Below, piece by piece: positions 1 through 9,100 of a DNA stretch of 64,000 bases (its first letter is position 1; each line of letters opens with the position of its first letter). Origin of the DNA: Candidatus Brocadiia bacterium. GTDB lineage: Bacteria > Planctomycetota > Brocadiia > CAIUPP01. The notes beneath the pieces were generated by a model. It saw only the letters and a program-made list of their open reading frames with translations, was not told where the DNA came from and searched no databases. Position numbers and translations under genes: made by a program. The DNA lies in contig JBEKCB010000003.1 of assembly GCA_050015075.1 (NCBI GenBank), positions 171,214-235,213 on the forward strand, read 5' to 3'.

Positions 1-1603
1 GGCCCCAGCGGTCGCGCGCCTCGATCTGCGCGCCTTTCGAGATGAGCAGTTGCGCGATTTCCTTTGTGACGGCCAGATGCAGCGGCGTCTGATTCGCGAG
101 CGCCAGCGCATTCACGTCCGCGCCCTTCGCCAGGAGTTCCTCGACAGCCGCCAGGTCGCCGCGGTTGGCCGCGCGATGCAGCGGCGTCAAGCCGAGGCGA
201 TCCACGTCCGGCTGCGCGGCCTGAGCAGCTGCATTGGGAGGCCTTTCCCTTTCCTGCTCTTCCGCTACGGAGAGCTTCCAGTCGTTGGTTTGAAAACGGA
301 TCAAATCCATGGTGGAATCCACACGCGATCTAAAGATACCGTCCTTTACACGCTGGTTGACGCCCTCCCCAATGAACTCCGCCCCGCCGGTATCCGTGAG
401 CTCCGCACCGACACTCCAAACCAACCAGCCTCCCTTAGTGGTCCTGTAGCGCAGCGGCTTGGCCGAGAACGGATCGAGCGGGACCTTCGGCAGGAACTCG
501 GGGCAGAGCGCGTCGAGAGTCTCCGGCAGCTTGCCGTGCTGTCGCTCGTAGAGCGCGATGGCCGCGCGGATCTGAAGCACGCGGAGCTGCGTGTCCATTC
601 GGCTGAGCAGCACCCGCCAACCCCAGAACCCCACGAGAGCTTCATCATACCCTGGGCCTATCGGCGTGTCCTGCTGCAGCCACCTTTGAGCAGCGGGGTT
701 GTTGATGATCTCGTAAACAGGAAGATCCGCGTCCTTCCGGGTAGCCACGAAGGTTCGGCTGTGTCCGTGGATGATATCGGTTATCTTCTTGGCTATCCTC
801 GTGCGGAGCCCGCCGGCGCGAAGACATGCGGCAGTATATTCCGCATCACATTCGACACTGTCCGCGATCTCTCCAGGCCTCGTCTCGGCCTCCGGACAGG
901 ACTGGATGATTTTCCTCAGATCGTCGTCCGGCAACTCAGCGTTCGCGACTAACCGGTCGAGTGATGTTGCGCCAATGGAAACGATGAGCAAGCCAATGGA
1001 GATCTGGAAATTAACTCCGTTCCGAAGCTGCGCGCCGATACGAAGGCAGGCCAGGTAAGGCTCGACAGCGGCATGCGGCCTGTCGTTTAGTTCCTCGGCA
1101 AGCCCGGCATTGCCGAAGCGCCTGCCCAACGTCCACAGCGAGGCCAGGCAATATTTGCAGGGATCCGGATAGCCGTTCGCTGCGCCCGAATGGTTCACTG
1201 TGCTTATGAAGATCGGCATCCGGCAGACCGAATGCGAGTGCGCCTCGACGGCCATGTCCATCGCCGGCTTGTTCGCCGCCACCCACGCCTCGAGCGCGGC
1301 CAGGTCGCCTGTGTACGGATACCAGGACTCGCCCGTGCCCGCAGGAGCGCCGTCGCTCTTCATCAGGCTGACGGCCTTCGCATAGTAGAATGCCACATTC
1401 TCTTCCACCGGGACGGTCGGCCACAGAACGGGGAACTGCTTCAGTTCTTTCGCGGTCGGATGCCGCAGCATGGCGGAATCGGAGAGGATCTTGAGCATGG
1501 CGGAGTAGTCGTACCATGGCGCAGTGCGCGACGGCGTGCTGGCGCTGAGCAGCAGAAGCGCTCCGCCGAGCAGCAGAAGCGCGGCGCAGGCGATGATCGC
1601 CAT
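1..1603 (-). CDS. Secreted/membrane-anchored protein with a GspG-C-like 'LP..L..L.P.FL..VP.DPFS..PLRY' domain followed by ankyrin repeats; runs off the left edge
   Basis: Not in the ORF track because there is no stop in the window. Manual minus-strand translation from ATG 1603 stays open to base 1: MAIIACAALLLLGG..., AIALYERQHGKLPETLDALCPEFLPKVPLDPFSAKPLRY...WLVWSVG, then DRLGLTPLHRAANRGDLAAVEELLAKGADVNA and NQTPLHLAVTKEIAQLLISKGAQIEARD. Confidence 0.8.
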   Translation of the reverse strand, partial: MAIIACAALLLLGGALLLLSASTPSRTAPWYDYSAMLKILSDSAMLRHPTAKELKQFPVLWPTVPVEENVAFYYAKAVSLMKSDGAPAGTGESWYPYTGDLAALEAWVAANKPAMDMAVEAHSHSVCRMPIFISTVNHSGAANGYPDPCKYCLASLWTLGRRFGNAGLAEELNDRPHAAVEPYLACLRIGAQLRNGVNFQISIGLLIVSIGATSLDRLVANAELPDDDLRKIIQSCPEAETRPGEIADSVECDAEYTAACLRAGGLRTRIAKKITDIIHGHSRTFVATRKDADLPVYEIINNPAAQRWLQQDTPIGPGYDEALVGFWGWRVLLSRMDTQLRVLQIRAAIALYERQHGKLPETLDALCPEFLPKVPLDPFSAKPLRYRTTKGGWLVWSVGAELTDTGGAEFIGEGVNQRVKDGIFRSRVDSTMDLIRFQTNDWKLSVAEEQERERPPNAAAQAAQPDVDRLGLTPLHRAANRGDLAAVEELLAKGADVNALALANQTPLHLAVTKEIAQLLISKGAQIEARDRWG

Positions 1604-1710
1604 CCGTGGAAATCGGCGACGAAAGTTTTTTTCTATCCTGGGCCCTCACTACGGCGGAAGCGGGACTACTGAGGCATTGTAATGGTCAACTGTTGCGGGT
1701 ACAAGAGATT

Positions 1711-1803
1711 TGGACATTGGAAATTGGGAGATGGGAAAATTGGGTGATTAGGAAGTGAGGTGCAATCTCCGAATTACCCAATCTCCTAATCACCTAATCT
1801 CCC
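1711..1803. repeat. Hairpin built from degenerate 8-nt tandem units (GGGAGATT-like / AATCTCCC-like)
   Basis: ttggaaattgggagatgggaaaattgggtgattagg ... aattacccaatctcctaatcacctaatctccc; same family at 42150-42263. Confidence 0.75.
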
Positions 1804-1805
1804 AG

Positions 1806-2207
1806 TCACCCATTGTTCTTCCAAATCCACACCTGCCGCTTCTGCACGCCCCATTGCACGGCGTCGTTGTACTTCTGGAAGAAGAGTTCGACGCGCCGGC
1901 CTTTGATCGCGCCGCCCCGGTCGTGGACCTCGACGAGGCCGACGCCTTCGATCCAGAGTTTGGTCCCGAACGGGATGTCCTTCGGCGCGGAGACCAGGAC
2001 TCCTTTGAAGCCGGGCGCGTAGGTGCCGTCGGCAGTGATGCCGTCGGATTTCCCGCAGCAGGCCACGCACGCGGAGTAGCCGGTGACGCGGTATTCGCCC
2101 ATCGGCGTCCAGGTCCCGCGCGGCGCAGGCGCGGTCGCGGGCGCAACCGCGGCGGCCGACGCTGTAAGGATCAGGAATAAGATGGGAATCGTTATGATTG
2201 TTTTCAT
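1806..2207 (-). CDS. Secreted 3D-domain protein
   Basis: Signal peptide, then VTGYSAC..CCGKSDGITADG, IPFGTKLWIEGVG, DRGGAIKGRRVELF. Confidence 0.85.
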   Translation of the reverse strand: MKTIITIPILFLILTASAAAVAPATAPAPRGTWTPMGEYRVTGYSACVACCGKSDGITADGTYAPGFKGVLVSAPKDIPFGTKLWIEGVGLVEVHDRGGAIKGRRVELFFQKYNDAVQWGVQKRQVWIWKNNG

Positions 2208-2350
2208 GGCTTGTCCTCCCCTCTGTAAGTATACAACGCGATTTCGGCGTGTGCGGGACCGGCGCGCGAGAATATGATGAAACCGCCAATAATGACGGGC
2301 GTTTCCTCGCGTTCCAAAATCCTCGCCGCCGCGCCGGATTTTCGCCGGTG

Positions 2351-2465
2351 ATCGTCCTCGTCGTCAGCTTTGCATCGTCCTCGTCCTCGCTCTTGTCCTC
2401 GTCCTCGAACGGCAGTTCTGAACCGACGGCCGAGGACGAGGACGACGACGAGGACGAGGACGATT
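2351..2465. repeat. Hairpin of 6-nt tandem units (TCGTCC)n ... (GGACGA)n
   Basis: atcgtcctcgtcctcgctcttgtcctcgtcctcg versus cgaggacgaggacgacgacgaggacgaggacgat. Confidence 0.8.
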
Positions 2466-2568
2466 CGAGGAGTCGCATGCGAGTTCCGCATGACATTTTC
2501 CAACACGCAGGTTATAATCCGCGGAGGGGCTATGAGCCGGACGGGAAGCTCTTTATAAGGAGAAGGCG

Positions 2569-3546
2569 ATGGCGGCGCAGATCATCAACGGCGAGGCGGT
2601 GGCGGCGGAAGTCACGGCCGCACTGAAGAAGGACGTCGAGGCGCTCAAGGCGAAGGGCGTCGCGCCGAAGCTGACGGCGGTGATCGCCACCGACAACAAG
2701 GGCGCGCGCATCTACGCCAGCAACCAGGCGAAGACCTGCGAGAAGATCGGCGTCGCCTACCAGCTCAGCGAGCTGCCGCCGGCGAGCACCGAGGCGGAGA
2801 TCATCGCGGCGATTCAAAAATTGAACGCCGATGCCTCCGTCAGCGGCATCATCATCCAGATGCCGCTGCCGGACGGCGTCAACGCGCGGCGGCTCCAGGC
2901 GATGATCGCCGCGTCGAAGGACGTCGAGGGCATGAGCCCGGCGAACCAGGGGCGCGTGGTGTACGCGCCGCAGCCGTTCTACCGCAAGCCGCAGGCGGGC
3001 GAGCCGGGCTACGCGGACTGGCTCGAGAAGTCGCTCGGCTGGCCGCTGCCGGCGCCGGCGCCCTGCACGCCCTGCGGCGCGATGATGCTCATCCGCTCGC
3101 TCAAGCTGGATCTCTACGGCAAGGAGGCCGTCGTCGTCGGCCACAGCGAGATCGTCGGCAAGCCGATGGCGCTGCTGCTGGTGGCGCACTTCTGCACGAC
3201 GACCTGGTGCCACATCGGCACGCGCGACCTGGCCGCGCACACGCGCCGCGCGGACATCCTCTGCGTCGGCGCCGGCAAGGCCGGCCTGGTCAAGGGCGAC
3301 ATGGTCAAGCCCGGCTCGGTGGTGATTGACATCGGCATCAACCGCATCCAGGAGACCGGCCCCGACGGCAAGCCCGTCCTCGACGAGAAGGGCCGGCCGA
3401 AGATGAAGACGGTCGGCGACGTGGAGTTCGACAAGGCGAAGGAGGTGGCCGGCTACATCACGCCCGTGCCCGGCGGCGTCGGGCCGATGACCGTGGCGAT
3501 GCTGCTGCGCAACACCGTCGAGGCGGCGAAGGCGCAGGTGAAGTAA
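2569..3546 (+). CDS. folD: Bifunctional methylenetetrahydrofolate dehydrogenase/cyclohydrolase
   Basis: GIIIQMPLP, KDVEG, PCTP, VVGHSEIVGKP, VIDIGINR, VGDV, ITPVPGGVGPMTVAMLLRNT. Confidence 0.95.
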   Translation: MAAQIINGEAVAAEVTAALKKDVEALKAKGVAPKLTAVIATDNKGARIYASNQAKTCEKIGVAYQLSELPPASTEAEIIAAIQKLNADASVSGIIIQMPLPDGVNARRLQAMIAASKDVEGMSPANQGRVVYAPQPFYRKPQAGEPGYADWLEKSLGWPLPAPAPCTPCGAMMLIRSLKLDLYGKEAVVVGHSEIVGKPMALLLVAHFCTTTWCHIGTRDLAAHTRRADILCVGAGKAGLVKGDMVKPGSVVIDIGINRIQETGPDGKPVLDEKGRPKMKTVGDVEFDKAKEVAGYITPVPGGVGPMTVAMLLRNTVEAAKAQVK

Positions 3547-3560
3547 AACAGCCTGTGTTA

Positions 3561-3709
3561 AACCACCAAGGCAGCAAGGCGCAAAGAGAAAACGGCTTCC
3601 ACCACGGAATACGCGAAGCACACGGAATGACTTTTCTAAATAGCTTCAGTGTCTTCCGTGTGTTCCGTGGTCGCAATACCAGTTGGCGTTCTTGGTAACT
3701 TGGTGGTGA
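3561..3709. repeat. Nested palindromic MITE-like element (outer CACCAAG-type arms, inner CCACGGAA-type arms); inverted copy at 48667-48822
   Basis: Reverse complement aligns with 48676-48822 across arms and loop (cactgaagctatttagaaaagtcattc vs cactgaagctgtttaggatagtcattc). Confidence 0.85.
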
Positions 3710-3710
3710 T

Positions 3711-4325
3711 TTAGCGGGCGTAGAGTCGTTTTCGGCGGATGTAGGCGGCGACGGGGTCGGGGACGAGGTAGCGGATCGTCCGGCCGGCCGCGACGCGGCG
3801 GCGGATTTCGGACGAGGAGATCCCGATCAGCGGCATGGCGACCGCGCGCTTGAGGATGGCGCGCGCCGGACGCCGGCCGACGGCGCGCTCGAGGGCGGCG
3901 GCGTTCGGGTTCGCATGCCCGGGCCGGCTCAGAGGGACGAACCGGCAGAGGCGCGCGAGACGGGCGACTTCGCGCCACCCGGTGAGTTCGGCGACGGTGT
4001 CCATCCCGATCAGGAAATAGATTTGCACTCCGGCGCCGAGTTTCTCCCGCAGCGCGCGGACGGTGTCCACCGTGTACGAAATTCCCGGGCGGCGCAGCTC
4101 GATGTCCGAGGCCGAAAACGCGGGATTTCCGGCGACGGCCAGGCGGACCATCGCCAGCCGGTCCGCGCCGTCGGCGAGCGGCGCGGCGCGCTTGTGCGGC
4201 GGGAGCTTCGCCGGGATGAAGATCACGCGCTCGAGGCCCAGCGCCTCGCGCGCCGTCTCCGCCAGGACCAGGTGCCCCAGGTGGATCGGGTTGAAGCTGC
4301 CGCCGAGGATGCCCAGCTTTTTCAC
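3711..4325 (-). CDS. nadD: Nicotinate-nucleotide adenylyltransferase
   Basis: GILGGSFNPIHLGHL (HxGH), PPHK, SYTVDT, FLIGMD, ISSSEIR; GTG start chosen at 4325. Confidence 0.95.
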   Translation of the reverse strand: MKKLGILGGSFNPIHLGHLVLAETAREALGLERVIFIPAKLPPHKRAAPLADGADRLAMVRLAVAGNPAFSASDIELRRPGISYTVDTVRALREKLGAGVQIYFLIGMDTVAELTGWREVARLARLCRFVPLSRPGHANPNAAALERAVGRRPARAILKRAVAMPLIGISSSEIRRRVAAGRTIRYLVPDPVAAYIRRKRLYAR

Positions 4326-4386
4326 GCGCGCTCCTCTCGCTATGACCGGTTGAATTCTATCCGCGCGCGGCGGCGTTTGCAATTTC

Positions 4387-4415
4387 TTGACAGTGCCCCG
4401 CCGGTGTGCTAGCAT
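4387..4415 (+). promoter_or_regulatory. Sigma70-like promoter
   Basis: TTGACA-17 nt-TAGCAT upstream of the 4470 ORF and larC. Confidence 0.5.
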
Positions 4416-4469
4416 TCTGAACGATGCGCAGCGGGCAGGCATTTTTGAGTGCGGCTGAGGGAGCGTGCC

Positions 4470-4685
4470 ATGTCGTGGCTGCCCAATTTTGATACCCTTT
4501 CGGACCAGGAGCAGCCCTGGTTCATCTACGTCATCGTCCTGGTGACGCTGGCCCAGTTGCTGATGCTGTCGCTGGTGCTCGTGCTGTTCTACAAAGTGCA
4601 GCGCCTGGTGGAGAAGCTCGACCGCATTTCCACCGACGCCGGAAAGTTCGTCCAGATGGGGATGATGTACTTCAAGAAACAGTAG
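4470..4685 (+). CDS. Small single-pass membrane protein
   Basis: RBS gaggga, hydrophobic stretch FIYVIVLVTLAQLLMLSLVLVLFY, high-GC3 codon usage. Confidence 0.65.
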   Translation: MSWLPNFDTLSDQEQPWFIYVIVLVTLAQLLMLSLVLVLFYKVQRLVEKLDRISTDAGKFVQMGMMYFKKQ

Positions 4686-4735
4686 CGCCGCCGCGCCCCG
4701 CCCGCCGCTGCCGCGAATGAGGAAAGAGCCCGACC

Positions 4736-5920
4736 ATGAGCGAGACCGTCGCGTACTTCGACTGCTTCTCCGGCGCCAGCGGCGACATGATCCTCGGCGC
4801 GCTGCTCGACTGCGGGCTGCCGCTGGAGGCGCTCGTGGCCGACCTGGCGCTGCTCGCGCCCGGGCTGATCCGGCTCCGCGCCGAGAAGGTCCTGCGCGGC
4901 GGCATCCGCGCGCTGCAGGTGACGGTCGAGACCGCCGACGAGCCGCAGCCTCCGCACCGCAGCCTGGAGACGATCCGCGCGATGATCCTCGGCTCGCGCC
5001 TGCCGGAGCGCGTGAAGGAGCGCGCGATGGCGGTCTTCACGCGGCTCGGCGAGGCCGAAGCGGCGATCCATGACGTGCCCGTCGAGAAGATCCACTTCCA
5101 CGAAGTCGGCGCGCTCGACGCGATCGCGGACATCGTCGGCGCGGTCGCGGGCCTCGAGCGGCTCGGCGTCGGCGCGGTGTTCTTCTCGACGCTGCACCTC
5201 GGCGGCGGCACGGTGAAATCGCAGCACGGCACGCTGCCGGTGCCCGCGCCGGCGACGGCTGCTCTGGTCGCCGGCTTGCAATGCGAACTCGGCCCGATCT
5301 CGCGCGAACTGCTCACGCCGACCGGCGCGGCGATCCTGACCACGCTGGGCCGGCAGGGCTCGCCCGGCCCGCTGCGGGTCGAGCGCGTCGGCTACGGCGC
5401 GGGCTCGCGCGACAACGCGGACCACCCGAACGTCCTGCGGCTGATGCTCGGACAGGCGGCGCCCGCGGCCGAGGCGGACGCGGCCTGGGTGATCGAGGTC
5501 AACCTCGACGACACGACCGCCGAGGTCATCGGCCACACCATCGAGCAGCTTCTCGCCGCCGGCGCGCTCGACGCCTGGGCGGCGCCGCTCCAGATGAAGA
5601 AATCGCGGCCGGGCTGGATGCTCTGCGCGATCGTCCAGGACGAGTCGCTCCGCCGCGCCGAGGAAATCCTCTTCCGCGAGACCACCACCTTCGGCATCCG
5701 CCGCCACCGCGTCGAGCGGGCCAAGCTCGCGCGCGAGCTGCGCGCCGTCGAGACGCCGTTCGGCCCCGTCCGCGTCAAGGTCGGCACGCGCGACGGAAAG
5801 CTCGTCACCGCGTCGCCGGAGTACGAGGACTGCCGCCGCATCGCGCTCGAAAAAAACGTCCCGCTGCGCGAGGTCATGGACGCGGCGCGGAGGGCATTCG
5901 ACGGAGAACGGCGAACCTAG
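4736..5920 (+). CDS. larC: Nickel pincer cofactor biosynthesis protein LarC
   Basis: YFDCFSGASGDMILGAL, IHFHEVGALDAIADI, HGTLPVPAPAT, ELLTPTGAAIL, GYGAGSRD, NLDD, MKKSRPG, ETTTFGIR, PEYED. Confidence 0.95.
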   Translation: MSETVAYFDCFSGASGDMILGALLDCGLPLEALVADLALLAPGLIRLRAEKVLRGGIRALQVTVETADEPQPPHRSLETIRAMILGSRLPERVKERAMAVFTRLGEAEAAIHDVPVEKIHFHEVGALDAIADIVGAVAGLERLGVGAVFFSTLHLGGGTVKSQHGTLPVPAPATAALVAGLQCELGPISRELLTPTGAAILTTLGRQGSPGPLRVERVGYGAGSRDNADHPNVLRLMLGQAAPAAEADAAWVIEVNLDDTTAEVIGHTIEQLLAAGALDAWAAPLQMKKSRPGWMLCAIVQDESLRRAEEILFRETTTFGIRRHRVERAKLARELRAVETPFGPVRVKVGTRDGKLVTASPEYEDCRRIALEKNVPLREVMDAARRAFDGERRT

Positions 5921-5939
5921 AACACCCGACGCCGAAGTG

Positions 5940-6106
5940 GTAGTGTGGCGTTTCGGAAATAAGTTCCGTAATACGCGGTCATTCCGAGCGAAGCGAGGAA
6001 TCTCATACGCAGCGTGCAGGCAACGGTTTGTGGTATGAGACCCTTCGCTGCGCTCAGGGTGACGCGGTCTGGACTCAAGCGTGCCACTTCCGGAATACGA
6101 TACTAG
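5940..6106. repeat. Nested palindromic element: inner GTCATTCCGAGCGAAGCGAGGAATCTC...GAGACCCTTCGCTGCGCTCAGGGTGAC hairpin inside weaker GTAGTGT.../...TACTAG ends
   Basis: Inner arms 5978-6008 and 6033-6063; lies between convergent larC and asnB. Confidence 0.7.
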
Positions 6107-7992
6107 GTCAGCGGTGAATGCGCGGTCATTGACACTCCGGCCGCGTCCAGGAATTCCCTGCACCACATCTCCAGGCAGATCAGCGTCCAGAGCTGGCGGC
6201 GCTCGAACATGCCGTAGCGGGGGCGGTTGAGGAGGCGCGCGACGGCGGCCGGCTCGAAGAGGCCCCGGCGGCGGACCGCGTCGGGGCCGAGAAGTTCCTG
6301 CACCATCCCTCGCATTTCGCCCGCAGCCCATTGGCCGACGGGCACCGCGAAGCCGGTCTTCCGGCGGCGGACGATATCCTCCGGCAGCAGGCCGGCGGCG
6401 ACGCGACGCAGGATGCGCTTGCCCTCGAGTCCGCCCAGTTTCCATGACGGCGGCATGTGCATGACCGCCTCAACGACGCGGTGATCCAGGTACGGCACGC
6501 GCGCCTCGACGCCGTGCGCCATGGTCATGCGGTCCACCTTCACGAGCAGGTCGTCGGGCAGCCACGTGGCCAGGTCCATGCGCAGCAGTTGCTGCAGGTA
6601 CGGCTCGCCGCCGGGCCGCAGGAACCGGCGGACGGCTTCGTCGGCCGGCGCGATGGTCCGGCACGATGCCTTGAGCCCATCCGAGTACAGCCCCGCCTTC
6701 TCCGTCTGCGTGAAGACCGACTTCAGCGCCAGGTACGCCGCGGGCCGGTCCTCCAGGCCGGCGGCATACTCCGCGCCGCGGGCGGCGGCGGTCCAGCGGG
6801 AGAATTTCGAGAGCACGAACCGTATCGCGGCCGACGGGCTGACGGCGGAGAGCCGGTCGGCCCAGGCGAGGATCTTGTAGTGCGAGTAGCCCGCGAACAG
6901 CTCGTCGGCGCCCTCGCCGGTCAGCACCACGGTGACGCACGGCTTGGTCAGCTCCGCCATGAAGTACGTCGGGATCGCCGCGGAATCGGCCACCGGCTCG
7001 TCGAGTGCGCGGATGATCTTCGGCAGGCCTGCGACCGACTGCCGGCGCACGACCAGTTCGCGGTGGTTCGTGCCGAACCGGTCCGCGACGCGGCGCGCGT
7101 ACGGGCGCTCGTCGAAGCCGTGCTCCTCGAAGCCGACCGAGAACGTGTTCACCGGCGTGTGCGACGCCAGGGACATCAGCGCGACCACCAGGCTGCTGTC
7201 GAGTCCGCCGGAGAGATAGGCGCCCAGCGGCACGTCGCTGATCATGCGGCAGCGGACGGCCTCCTCGAGATGCGCGCGCAGTTCGGAGGCCTCGACCGCG
7301 AAGGGCCGGCCCTTGTGGATCGGCTCGGCGCGCGGCAGTTCCCAATACCGCCGGATGACGCAGTGTCCGTCGCGGACGGTGAGCGTGTGTCCCGGCGGCA
7401 GCTTGCGCGCGCCTGTTACGATCGTCCGCGGCGCGGGGACGTACATGAACGTCAGGTACCGGTCGAGCCCTTCGGGATCGAGTTCGCGGGCGACGCCGCC
7501 GTGCGCCAGGATCGCCTTAAGCTCCGAGGCGAAGAGGAACCGCCCGCCCGGCAGTTCGGCGTAGAAGAGCGGCTTGATCCCGAGCCGGTCGCGCGCCAGG
7601 AAGAGCGTGCGCTCGACGGAGTCCCAGATCGCGAAGGCGAACATGCCGATCAACTGCTCGACGCAGCGCTGGCCCATCTGCTCGTAGAGATGGACGATGA
7701 CTTCCGTGTCGCTCTGCGTCCGGAACGTATGCCCCTGGCCGATCAGTTCGCCGCGGAGTTCCCGGTAGTTGTAGATCTCGCCGTTGAAGATGACGTGATA
7801 GCGGCCGGACTCGTCGCTCATCGGCTGGCGGCCGCCGGCGAGGTCAATGATGCTCAGCCGCTCGTGGAGGAGCGTGGCCGAGTCGTCCTCGTAGGCGCCC
7901 TGCCCGTCGGGCCCGCGATGGCGGATCGTCGAGCGCATGCGCTCGGCCGCTTCGCGGTCCCTTGGTCCGATCCAGCCGCTGATCCCGCACAC
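6103..7992 (-). CDS. asnB: Asparagine synthase (glutamine-hydrolysing)-like amidotransferase
   Basis: N-terminal MCGI, HRGPD, RLSIIDL, FNGEIYNY, ARDRLGIKPL, YLSGGLDSS, LTGEGADELFAGY, KVDRMTMAHGVEARVPYLD. Confidence 0.95.
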   Translation of the reverse strand: MCGISGWIGPRDREAAERMRSTIRHRGPDGQGAYEDDSATLLHERLSIIDLAGGRQPMSDESGRYHVIFNGEIYNYRELRGELIGQGHTFRTQSDTEVIVHLYEQMGQRCVEQLIGMFAFAIWDSVERTLFLARDRLGIKPLFYAELPGGRFLFASELKAILAHGGVARELDPEGLDRYLTFMYVPAPRTIVTGARKLPPGHTLTVRDGHCVIRRYWELPRAEPIHKGRPFAVEASELRAHLEEAVRCRMISDVPLGAYLSGGLDSSLVVALMSLASHTPVNTFSVGFEEHGFDERPYARRVADRFGTNHRELVVRRQSVAGLPKIIRALDEPVADSAAIPTYFMAELTKPCVTVVLTGEGADELFAGYSHYKILAWADRLSAVSPSAAIRFVLSKFSRWTAAARGAEYAAGLEDRPAAYLALKSVFTQTEKAGLYSDGLKASCRTIAPADEAVRRFLRPGGEPYLQQLLRMDLATWLPDDLLVKVDRMTMAHGVEARVPYLDHRVVEAVMHMPPSWKLGGLEGKRILRRVAAGLLPEDIVRRRKTGFAVPVGQWAAGEMRGMVQELLGPDAVRRRGLFEPAAVARLLNRPRYGMFERRQLWTLICLEMWCREFLDAAGVSMTAHSPLT

Positions 7993-8031
7993 ATTGATAT
8001 CCGCATAAGAAACCCGGCGGCGGCTCTAGCT

Positions 8032-8088
8032 GCTCGTAGTGTGCCCGTCAGGGCATACGACGTAGCGCCTGACGGCGCCACTACAAGC
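8032..8088 (+). repeat. REP doublet (REPIN-like), copy 1
   Basis: gctcGTAGtgtgcccgtcagggcatac...gcgcctgacggcgccaCTACaagc; six copies in the window. Confidence 0.9.
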
Positions 8089-8095
8089 GGCCGCT

Positions 8096-9100
8096 TCAAC
8101 GCGTATTCACGTACGGAGCAATCGCGAAGTCCCGGTGAGCATTCGGATCGCCGGCCTTGCCCGCCTCGGCCGCTTTCACGATGTTGTACGCCTCGCGCGC
8201 GGTGACGTAATGAAGCCGCCACGCGCTTTCCTTGTACCGCTTCGCGAGGTGCGAGTGCAACTGCTGCATGCCGGAATTGAAGTACGCGCTGAAGTTCTGC
8301 GGCCGCGCGCCGTGCATGTGCACCTTGACGAAGACCCATTCCGGCCGGCCGACGACGCTGACGTTCGCGGCGACCCATCGGTCCACGCGCCGCGGCCTCG
8401 GCGGCATGTGCGCCTCCATCGAGCAAGTCAGGCGGAGCCGGTCGGCGATCCACGGCAGCGCCGGAATCCACCCCGCCGGCCGCGGCACGCCGCTCAGCCG
8501 GCCCGGGCCCTGGAAGATCATCAGGTCGCCCGACGGCTTTCCGCCGGCGTGCACGTCCTCGCCCGTGTCGTACGACTTCGGCCGCGCCGGATCGTCCGCC
8601 GCGTAATAGATGCTGTTGCATTTGCCCGGCTGCATTCGGCCCCAGGCGGGAAACGTGAAGTCCGCGTAGCAGTTCGCCTGGCGCAACACGGCGAGTTCGT
8701 CGTTCACGCCGCAGTGCTCGTCGCCGCGCGAGTTGTCGAGCGACCACTTGCCGTGCACGAAGCCGAACGTGGAGACCGGTTCCGGCCCGATGGTGATCAG
8801 CGCGCCGGACCGCGCGTAAACTGCCTTGCGCCGCTCCAGTTTCTCGCGAAGCCCGTCGGCGGTATCGCGGCTGTGGTGCAGGTGCACTTCGATCTCGCCG
8901 AGCCCCATCCGGCAGAGCGCTCCGAGCGAGTCCAGCACGGCCGGGTCCTCGGCATCGTAAAACCAGGTATGCCGTGGACTGCGCCCGTCGGAATCGGTGA
9001 ACGCTTTCGCGACTTCGGGATAGCCCTGCCTCCACGCCGCGACCGACTCGGCCGAGCGCGGCTCGAAATGGTCGGCGAAGAGGAAGATCAGGTGGCGCAC
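8096..9100 (-). CDS. Conserved hypothetical protein, possibly deacetylase/glycoside-hydrolase-like fold
   Basis: ADHFEP, EIEVHLHH, FVHGKWSLDNS, CYADFTFP, FVKVHMHG; overlaps the GT4 stop, operonic. Confidence 0.7.
   Translation of the reverse strand: MRHLIFLFADHFEPRSAESVAAWRQGYPEVAKAFTDSDGRSPRHTWFYDAEDPAVLDSLGALCRMGLGEIEVHLHHSRDTADGLREKLERRKAVYARSGALITIGPEPVSTFGFVHGKWSLDNSRGDEHCGVNDELAVLRQANCYADFTFPAWGRMQPGKCNSIYYAADDPARPKSYDTGEDVHAGGKPSGDLMIFQGPGRLSGVPRPAGWIPALPWIADRLRLTCSMEAHMPPRPRRVDRWVAANVSVVGRPEWVFVKVHMHGARPQNFSAYFNSGMQQLHSHLAKRYKESAWRLHYVTAREAYNIVKAAEAGKAGDPNAHRDFAIAPYVNTR

Noticed and set aside
50-952. 300-aa plus-strand ORF
   Set aside because: Antisense shadow of the minus-strand ankyrin-containing gene, which has recognisable motifs.
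1786-2626. ORFs with poly-Ser and acidic tracts (1786-2496, 2198-2626)
   Set aside because: Translation artefacts of the (TCGTCC)n hairpin; they overlap the real 3D-domain gene or folD.
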